This document shows positions 25,419 through 33,300 of a stretch of 50,646 bases of DNA, one piece after another. Position 1 is the stretch's first letter. Each line of letters begins with the position of its first letter. The stretch is taken from positions 1 to 50,646 of the IMG/VR virus record IMGVR_UViG_3300045450_000119; one strand, given 5' to 3'. The notes under the pieces were generated by a model. It was not told where the DNA came from, did no database searches, and saw only the letters and a list, made by a program, of their open reading frames with translations. Origin of the DNA: a virus. The position numbers and the translations under genes are program-made.

Positions 25419-25907
25419 ATGCCTGTCGTCGACTTCCGCACCTCCGCCTATGGCCTCACCAGCGCCAAGCACGCCGCCATCAACGACCTGGTGCGGGCCT
25501 ACAACCCGCGCCTGTCCCTGCGCCGCATCCCCACCTCCGACCCGGCCTTCACGCCGCAGAAGCCGTACGGCGTCTTCGAGGAAGGCGTCGACCCGCGCAC
25601 GACCCCGTGGGTGTTCACCCTCGCCGAGATGTCGATCGACGAGCGCGTCGTCGCGCGCCTGTACGAGAACGACTTCGCCCGCGCCGGCGCGAGCGAGCAG
25701 CACGCGAAGATGCTCGCCCTCCGCGCGGCGCAGGAGACGGCCGCCCTGCGCGAAGAGGCCGAGCGCGACGCCGACCGGCGCGAGGAGATGATCGCGATCG
25801 GCCGCCTGGCCGACAAGCGCTCCCAGTTCCGTCACCGGTTCGCCGACGGCACGACCCAGATCATCGGCGGCGACGCGCAGGCGCGCTCCGGCCGCAGCTA
25901 CGTCTGA
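25419..25907 (+). CDS. Hypothetical head-associated protein (162 aa)
   Basis: ATG 25419 is the second codon-compatible start of the track ORF. The call rests on its position after the capsid gene. Confidence 0.7.
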   Translation: MPVVDFRTSAYGLTSAKHAAINDLVRAYNPRLSLRRIPTSDPAFTPQKPYGVFEEGVDPRTTPWVFTLAEMSIDERVVARLYENDFARAGASEQHAKMLALRAAQETAALREEAERDADRREEMIAIGRLADKRSQFRHRFADGTTQIIGGDAQARSGRSYV

Positions 25908-25918
25908 GAGGCGCTCTC

Positions 25919-26593
25919 ATGGAGCAGTACAGCTACCTCGTCCAGCGGATCGCTGACGACGTCCGAGCCAAGTTCGGCGACGACGCCTCCGTGCAGATCT
26001 CCGACGACGACATCATCCGGTGGACGAACGACGGCGCGCGCCGGATCGCGACCGAGAACCCCTTCCTGCAGAAGGCCCGGAAGACGAACGTCCTCGAGAA
26101 CGTCGGGCTGTACAACCTCGGCAAGCTGTTCGCCACCGAGCGCATGCAGAAGTTCGAGATGGTCACCGTCAACGGCACCCGCCTCGACTTCATGCCGCAC
26201 GGCCGCTTCCTCGAGCACGTCCGCGACGCCGGCCCGCAGCAGGGCGACCCCGCGGTGGCGGCCGAGTTCGGCGGCGAGCTCTCCATCTGGCCGGTGCCGC
26301 GCGCGTCCACGGCCTACGGCCTGGTGCTCTACTTCTGGGCCTACCCGGACGACGTCGTCTCGCTCGACGACCAGCTCACCGTGCCCGACCGCTTCGTCGA
26401 GGCGCTGCAGGCCTACGTGCTCGCGCAGGCGCACGAGCTCGACGACCAGATGGAGTCCGCCCAGGCGAAGAAGAGTGACTTCGACTCGCTGCAGCGCCTC
26501 GCGCGCGCCAGCGAGGACATGAGCCCTGGGGAGTTCTACCCGACCATGACCGTGCTCCCCGACGACTTCGACTACTACTCCAATGGCTGGTAA
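25919..26593 (+). CDS. Head-tail adaptor-like protein (positional equivalent of T7 gp11)
   Basis: 224 aa. It is the in-frame part of track ORF 25409-26593. The function is inferred from gene order only. Confidence 0.6.
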   Translation: MEQYSYLVQRIADDVRAKFGDDASVQISDDDIIRWTNDGARRIATENPFLQKARKTNVLENVGLYNLGKLFATERMQKFEMVTVNGTRLDFMPHGRFLEHVRDAGPQQGDPAVAAEFGGELSIWPVPRASTAYGLVLYFWAYPDDVVSLDDQLTVPDRFVEALQAYVLAQAHELDDQMESAQAKKSDFDSLQRLARASEDMSPGEFYPTMTVLPDDFDYYSNGW

Positions 26594-28154
26594 GCGCCGG
26601 GCGTCGAACGCCGGCACCTCGAAGGTGCGCCTCGGCCCGTTCGACGGCGGCCTGAACAACATCGGCGAGGCGGAGACGCTCGACGACAACGAGCTCGCCG
26701 AGCTGGTCAACTTCGAGGTCGCGCAGGACGGCTCGCTGACCTCGCGGCCGCCGATCTTCCCCGACGACCCCGGTGCCAACACGCTCCCCAGCGACACCGT
26801 CGCGCTCGGCTACTACACCACCGGTGGCGGGGTCACCTCGCTGGTGGTCACGCACTCCGGGAAGACGTGGCTCTACTCCATCGACACCCGCGTCTTCGCG
26901 GAGATCTGGGACAAGGCCGCGTCCGGCTTCACGCAGTACGACGACAAGGCCGTGCTCTGCTCGCGCGACCAGGCCGGCGGCTACTGGACGAACGGCATCT
27001 TCACCTCGACGCGGCAGATGCCGCGCGGCGAGGACATCGTCTTCTACCAGGAGCGCTTCTGGATCTACGGCGTCGCCGGCACCGGGGACGAGAACCGCGT
27101 CAGCTTCTCGAAGCTGAACGTGATCAGCCCGGCGTCGAGCATCTTCGACTGGGGCTCGCTCGACTACTTCACGGTCAACCAGGGCGACGGCCAATGGATC
27201 ACCGGCATCATGCCGACGGCGCAGCGCATCTACATCTTCCGCACCTCGAGCACCTACTACTTCGACTACGCGAGCTCCCCGCTCAACGGCTCGCTGCAGC
27301 AGGTGTCGGCGACGGTCGGCGCGGACTCGCGCTGGTGCTACGTCCCCTACCAGAACTACTACCTGGTGCTCTCTAACGGGGTGCTGTACCTCTTCCAGAA
27401 CTCGCAGTATTACCCCCAGAGCATCGCGAAGGTGCGCTTCGAGCCCCGCGGTGTCCGCGGCGGCCCGTCCGTCGACCGCGCCGTCTCCGTCTTCGGCGAC
27501 CGCGCGATCGTGTGGTGGAAGGGCGCGACCTACGTCTTCAACATCACCCGGCGCACCTGGTCGCGGTGGGTGTCGCCGACCTCGGAGGCGGCCCGCTTCC
27601 TGCAGATCCCGTGGACGGCGACGACCGCGAACCGGCCTTCGGCGCTCGCCGTCACGGGCGCGCGGCACGAGACGCTGCGCCGCATCTACCGCATCCAGGA
27701 AGAGCTGCTCTCTCTCGGCATCGGCGAGCAGATGGCCTGCACGCTGACGACGAAGACGTACACGATGGACGACCAGCTCTCCTTCAAGAAGCTGCTCTGG
27801 TGGGGAGTCGAGGCGCGCACCGCGACAGGCGTGCGCGGCACCGCGGTGGTCGGCCGCCTCGTCGCGAGCACGGTCACCTGGGATGAGATGGAGTCGCGCA
27901 CCTGGGACGAGCTCGAGCTCGGCACGTGGGACAACCCCTTCATCGCGCCGGCCGAGTACGTCGACGACGTGAAGTTCCCTTCCGCGGGCCCGATCGTGAC
28001 CGTCTTCCGGCTCCGCCAGGCGCTCCGATTCCTGCGGATCCAGTTCCAGCTGTCGATCGAGATCGACGGGCTGACGGGGACGTCCCCCGCTAAGATCAAC
28101 GCGATCATCCCCGTTGTCCGCTCGGGCGCAGGGGCACCGGGAGAGGCCAACTAG
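26583..28154 (+). CDS. Tail tube/nozzle-like protein (positional equivalent of T7 gp12)
   Basis: 523 aa, beta-rich and Trp/Tyr-rich. The call rests on gene order. Confidence 0.6.
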   Translation: MAGKRRASNAGTSKVRLGPFDGGLNNIGEAETLDDNELAELVNFEVAQDGSLTSRPPIFPDDPGANTLPSDTVALGYYTTGGGVTSLVVTHSGKTWLYSIDTRVFAEIWDKAASGFTQYDDKAVLCSRDQAGGYWTNGIFTSTRQMPRGEDIVFYQERFWIYGVAGTGDENRVSFSKLNVISPASSIFDWGSLDYFTVNQGDGQWITGIMPTAQRIYIFRTSSTYYFDYASSPLNGSLQQVSATVGADSRWCYVPYQNYYLVLSNGVLYLFQNSQYYPQSIAKVRFEPRGVRGGPSVDRAVSVFGDRAIVWWKGATYVFNITRRTWSRWVSPTSEAARFLQIPWTATTANRPSALAVTGARHETLRRIYRIQEELLSLGIGEQMACTLTTKTYTMDDQLSFKKLLWWGVEARTATGVRGTAVVGRLVASTVTWDEMESRTWDELELGTWDNPFIAPAEYVDDVKFPSAGPIVTVFRLRQALRFLRIQFQLSIEIDGLTGTSPAKINAIIPVVRSGAGAPGEAN

Positions 28155-28363
28155 TGACGTTCAACGACAACGCCCAGATCAAGGGGGGCTTCGTGAATCG
28201 GAAGTCGAAGATGACCAAGGGCAAGCTCCCCAGCTTCGGCCGCAAGGCGAAGCACAACGAGGAGGACGCGATGCCCAACGTCGACCACGGCCACAACGGG
28301 CGGCGCCGGAAGAAGACCTTGAACAAGATCAACGAGAAGCTGGCCGCTCGGAAGAAGGACTGA
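28154..28363 (+). CDS. Very basic 69-aa protein (possible internal virion/DNA-associated protein)
   Basis: ORF track with a TAGTG overlap. Lys/Arg-rich and slightly lower in GC. Confidence 0.6.
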   Translation: MTFNDNAQIKGGFVNRKSKMTKGKLPSFGRKAKHNEEDAMPNVDHGHNGRRRKKTLNKINEKLAARKKD

Positions 28364-28365
28364 CC

Positions 28366-28566
28366 GTGGGCGCCGGGGTCACGCGCGACAAGCGCTCTGG
28401 GGCGACCCAGTTCAACGGCTACGCCGTCGGCGCCCGGCGCTACGGGGCGGGGCTCTCCTCCGCCGCCACCCGCGGGAAGGTCGATCGGGCCGGGTACCGC
28501 GCCCGCGAGCTCCGCAAGCGCACTGTGAAGCGGATCTCCGAGAAGCTCAAGACGAAGGGCAAGTAG
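28366..28566 (+). CDS. Basic 66-aa protein
   Basis: GTG follows GAAGGAC. It is the in-frame part of track ORF 28114-28566. Confidence 0.5.
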   Translation: MGAGVTRDKRSGATQFNGYAVGARRYGAGLSSAATRGKVDRAGYRARELRKRTVKRISEKLKTKGK

Positions 28567-29286
28567 ATGGCAGGCAGGAACGTCGGCCGCGGGCCGAAGG
28601 CGCAGGACCCACGCGAGGTCGCGCAGGCCCGCGCCGCGCAGGCGGCCGCGGAGGCGGCCCGCCGCCAGCAGCAGGAGCAGGAGGCGGCCCGACGCCGCGC
28701 CGACAACGAGGCGGCTGCGCAGTCGCGCGCCGGCGCGCAGCAGCAGCAGGCGATGGTCCAGGCCGCGCAGCAGGCGGCGCTCGGCGGCGGCGAAGGCGGC
28801 GGGGCCCCGGCGGCCGCGCCCGCACCGGCACCCGAGCCCGCCCCGGCGCCGCCGGTGATCGAGCGGCCGACCGTGAACCTCGAGGACTACATCAAGAGCA
28901 ACTTCCTGGTGCAGCAGCAGCGCGGCGAGGCCGAGCGGCTGACGAACGACTTCGACGCGGAGACGCTGCGCGGCCGCCAGGAGACGACGGCCGCGCAGGG
29001 TCTGCGCTCGTCCGACCTCACCCGCAAGCTCGGCGTGCTCGGCCAGAACAGCGCTGAGGACCTCGCGGGCCGCGGCCTCCTGCGCTCCGGGATCAACTTC
29101 CAGCAGCAGGACAAGATCAACGCCGAAGGCGTCGTGCAGCGCAGCGCCATCGACCAGCTCATGACCGACTTCAACACGAAGCGGATCTCCGGCCGGGCGA
29201 ACCTGCAGGCGAGCGCGCGCGCTCGTGAGAACGAGGCGATCCAGGCTGCGATGCAGTCCTACGCCGCGACCTTCGGGGTGAAGTGA
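28567..29286 (+). CDS. Internal virion protein candidate (239 aa, Gln/Ala-rich)
   Basis: ORF track. The call rests on its position in the post-nozzle block. Confidence 0.65.
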   Translation: MAGRNVGRGPKAQDPREVAQARAAQAAAEAARRQQQEQEAARRRADNEAAAQSRAGAQQQQAMVQAAQQAALGGGEGGGAPAAAPAPAPEPAPAPPVIERPTVNLEDYIKSNFLVQQQRGEAERLTNDFDAETLRGRQETTAAQGLRSSDLTRKLGVLGQNSAEDLAGRGLLRSGINFQQQDKINAEGVVQRSAIDQLMTDFNTKRISGRANLQASARARENEAIQAAMQSYAATFGVK

Positions 29287-30314
29287 TGGCCGGCAAGTCT
29301 CTCGGAACGAGCTCGCGCAAGCGCCCGTCGTCGGGCGGTGTCGCGGGCAACCCCTCGATCCGCACCCTCGAGCGCAACGCGGGGCAGGGCGAGACGGCCC
29401 AGTCCGGGTCGCGCAACGGCGTGCCCGACCCGGTCGGCGACCAGTGGCGCTACCTCATGGGCCTCATGAACGGCGAGGGCGGAGGCGGCGGAGGCGGCGG
29501 AGGCGGCGGCGGCGGAGGGGGCGGCGGCGGAGGGGGGGGCGGCGGCGGCGGATCCGTCGTCTACGACCTCATCACCGAGAAGGAGATCGCCGAGCAGCAG
29601 GGCAAGCTCAAGAGCGTCAACCAGGGCGCGATCAAGATGATCCAGGACCGCAACCCGGTGATTCAGCAGCGCGCCACGGAGTCGAACGCCCAGATCAAGG
29701 GCGACGCCGACGCGCGCACCGGGGCGCTCTCGAAGATGCAGGAGATGCGCAACGGGGAGATGGCGCTCGCCGCCCAGCGGCTCGGCGTCGGGCAGCCTGG
29801 CACGGACGCGACCGCGCTCTCCGCGGCGACCGCCGGGGACTACGCCGGCCAGGTCCAGCAGAACGCCGGCGCGTGGCAGGGCTTCAACACCCAGCAGGCG
29901 AACAACGCGGTGAACGCGAACAACGCGGGCGTCGACGCGCAGAACTACTGGCTGCAGAACGCCCAGCTGCAGCTCGCGTCGATGATCGGCACCCTGCGCC
30001 CCGGCGCGGACCCGAAGGGGACCGTGGTCGGCGGCGGCGGCGGCGGCGGCTCGAGCTCGGGCGGCGGCGGCGGCGGCCGCCGGTCCGGCGGCGGGGGCGG
30101 CGGGGGCCGGACGCTCTCCGGCCAGATCTCCGACGCCAAGTTCATCCTCGGCCAGATGCAGAGCGCGCAGGACCGCGAGGACACCGCGAAGCAGCGCAAG
30201 GAGGACCGCAACTACAACCGCGCGCGCGACGCCGCGCAGGACCGCACGCAGCAGGCGCTCGTCGCGGCCATCGCGGGGAAGACGCCCAAGTCGAAGGGCC
30301 GCGGCAACCGATAA
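29286..30314 (+). CDS. Internal virion protein candidate with a 25-residue poly-Gly tract and a second Gly/Ser-rich tract
   Basis: TGATG overlap. There are 25 consecutive Gly codons at 29478-29552, and GGGGGGGSSSGGGGGGRRSGGGGGGG lies near 30030-30115. Confidence 0.7.
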   Translation: MAGKSLGTSSRKRPSSGGVAGNPSIRTLERNAGQGETAQSGSRNGVPDPVGDQWRYLMGLMNGEGGGGGGGGGGGGGGGGGGGGGGGGGSVVYDLITEKEIAEQQGKLKSVNQGAIKMIQDRNPVIQQRATESNAQIKGDADARTGALSKMQEMRNGEMALAAQRLGVGQPGTDATALSAATAGDYAGQVQQNAGAWQGFNTQQANNAVNANNAGVDAQNYWLQNAQLQLASMIGTLRPGADPKGTVVGGGGGGGSSSGGGGGGRRSGGGGGGGRTLSGQISDAKFILGQMQSAQDREDTAKQRKEDRNYNRARDAAQDRTQQALVAAIAGKTPKSKGRGNR

Positions 30315-30324
30315 CCGCCGCGTC

Positions 30325-30364
30325 GAGTAGGGCATGCCGTTACCATTCGAGGCATGCCCTACTC
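30325..30364 (+). promoter_or_regulatory. 14-bp perfect hairpin (GAGTAGGGCATGCC-N12-GGCATGCCCTACTC) whose right arm contains the ATG of the giant gene
   Basis: Read directly. It begins 11 nt after the stop at 30314, and ATG 30354 lies inside the right arm. Confidence 0.6.
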
Positions 30365-33300
30365 CGACCAGCAGATCGCCGGTATCCTCGGCTTCTTCCA
30401 GCAGAAGCGCGACAACACGGCGGCAGCGAAGGCCGACATGCGCCGCGCCGTCGTGGCCGACACGACGTACCAGAACATGGACGCGAAGCCGCGGGTGCGC
30501 CCGGGCGCGTACTCGAAGACGGTCGGCAACTACAGCCCGGGCGCTGTCCGGCCGATCGACGAGGACACCCGCACCTTCTCGGCCGCCGACCGCGCCGCGC
30601 GCGCGAAGAACCCCGAGATGGCCGTCACGAACGACGGCACGGAGGCCGGCTCGTCGACGTCCGATCTGCTGAACGCCGCGGGCGGCGGCACCCTCGGCGG
30701 CAACCTCTTCGAGGAGCGCGACGCCGCGGAGGCGCCGAAGAACTTCACCCAGTGGCTCGTCGACGCGCTCGGCACCGGTACGAACGTCACCGCGCGCGCG
30801 GGCGAGGCGCTGATCAAGGGCGGGCAGCGCGCGCGCGCGCAGGCCGACAAGGGGGACTGGGGCGGCGCGATCGGCACCGGGCTCAAGGCCGTCACGCTCG
30901 ACCAGGCGGGCGGCGCGGCCCGCGGCCTCACCGAGGGGCTCGGCGCCCGCTACGACGGCGAGCGCGCGCGCACCTGGGGCCAGAACCTCGAAGACGTCGG
31001 CACGGAGCGGGCGCTCAAGGGCGCGCTCGGCGAGCAGGCCGGCGGCATCGCGCAGGGCACCCTCGGCTTCGTCGCCGACGTCGGGCTCGACCCGACCACC
31101 TACCTCACGCTCGGCCTCACCGGCGTCGCCCGCGGCGTGGCCGGTGGCGCGCAGCTCGCCCGGGCCGAGGGCCGCAGCGTCGCCGCCGGCGCCGCGCGGG
31201 GCGCCTTCGAGGGCGCGGCCGCGCGCCGCGCCGAGATCGCCGCCCAGGCCGCGCAGGCCCGCGCCGCGCGCCAGGCCCGCAAGAACCCGACCGGGCCCGT
31301 CAGCACGGGCGCCGAGCAGATGGCCCGCGACGCGGCCGCGCGCCAGGGCGACCAGGCCATGCCCGCGCCGGACCCCGCCACCAGGCGCCCCGACGTGCCC
31401 GCGGCCGCGGTGCCGGACGCCGCGGTGGTCACGGCCGCCGACGACCTCGCCACGCCCGCGCTCGCGCCCGAGCCGGCGCCCGAGCCAGTCCGCGTCCCGG
31501 AGGTCCCGGCGCAGGCGGCGCCCGAGCTCCCCGCCGGGCCCGCCGAGGCCCTCGGCCGGCAGATGGAGGCCGCGGTGCCCGAGCGCGTCGAGCTCCCCGC
31601 CGGCGCCGTCGACGACGCCGTGCCCGGCGCCGCGCGCGCTGAGGAGGCCCCGGCCGGGCCCGTCGTCGACCCGAAAGACGCCGCCGCGCGCGCCGCGACC
31701 GACGAGCTCCTCCCGCAGATCGAAGGCCGCTCGCCCGACGTCGACCCGGACGCGGTGCTCGCGCAGGCCGCTGGCGCCCGCGCCATCCCCGAAGACACGG
31801 CCACCGGGATCATGGACGCCGCGACCGCGCTGCGCGGCGGCGGGCACACCGTGGCCTCGTGGGAGAAGTCGATCAAGGAGCTGACGAAGGGGAAGGCGAA
31901 CGCCGAGTTCTTCGGCCGCACGGTGAAGTACCGCGGCCAGGAGATGACCCTCCGCGACGCGCTGCGCGACGCCGGCATCGGAGCGCTCACCGGGAGCGCG
32001 CGCGGCTTCGGCCCGCTGGATTCGATGCTCAAGGTGATCAACGGCGCCGCGACCCCGAAGATCTCCCCCGACAGCATCGGGGCAGCCCTCGAGAAGGCCC
32101 AGCCGGGCCTGACCGCGCAGCTGGATCTGGCGGACATCATGCAGAAGCTGGTCGGCGCGGACGAGGCCGGCCGCAAGGCGGTGCTGCAGGAGGCGATCGG
32201 CGCGCGCACCGGCGAGAAGTACGAGTCCTTCGACAAGGCCATCGCGGGCGCCGTCGACGGCAAGATCGAGGCGTCGATGATGCGGTCGATGCTGCGCGCA
32301 CTGGGGATCAACACCCGCGCGACGACGCCGCACGGCATGCGGAAGGTGCTGGCCGAGAAGGGCCTCACTCGCTGGGAGGAGCTGCAGAACTCGATCATGA
32401 CCGCCGCCGAGAGCGTCGACCGCCACGGCCTGCCCGACGACGCCGTCGAGGCGGCGAAGGAGGTCGACGCCCCGGCCGCCCTCGAGGCGATGACGATCCA
32501 CTACCAGACGAAGGTGGAGGAGCTCGGCTTCGACCCCGCTGTCATGGCCCCCATGAAGGAGGGCGGCACGGTCGTCGGCGAGGCGGTGCACGACGCGATC
32601 CAGGCGTTCGGCCGCCGCGTGAAGGGCGCCGAGATGTCGGAGGCCTACGACAACACGATGATGCAGGACCTCTGGGGCGCGACCATGCGCTCGGCGGCCC
32701 GCTACGCGAACCAGAACCGGATGAGCGGCGCTCGCCGCGGCGACTGGCTCTACGAGCGCGTGCTCAAGGCCGTCGACCTCACCGAGGACTACGCGCGCTC
32801 CGTCGGGTCGATGCCGCGCATCGCCACCCGCGACGCCGAGGTCCCCGACCCCGTCTTCGTCTCCCTCGGCCAGATCCTCCGCGCCGCCGACCCGGCCGCG
32901 GTGAAGGCCGCGCTGTTCTCCCCCGACATGGCGCCGATCGCGCGCGAGGGCGCGAAGATCACCCGCTACAACTACGGCATCTCGCTGTACCCGACCGCGA
33001 TGGGCGACGCCGTGCACCACGCGGTGAAGGCCGTGAAGACGGGCCGCCTGGGCCCGGAGGTCGAGGCGGAGCTCGTCGACCTGCTCACCGCGAAGCACCG
33101 GGGCACGAAGAACACCTGGGCGCAGTCGAGCGCCGGCGTCGCCGCGATCAAGCAGTGGGCGGCCGCCGTGGCCGACCCCGGCTTCCTCCGGCACATGGTG
33201 CAGCTGGACGGCGACCAGGGCCCCGTGGCCGTGGCGATCGCGCAGCAGGCCGCCGAAGGCATCATCACCCCGATGACGGAGCGCATCATCAAGGCGCTGA

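Noticed and set aside
29478-30115. GGC/GGA-rich tracts as a CRISPR array, microsatellite or non-coding repeat.
   Set aside because: They are in frame within a high-GC3 CDS and encode poly-Gly linkers. There is no repeat-spacer periodicity.
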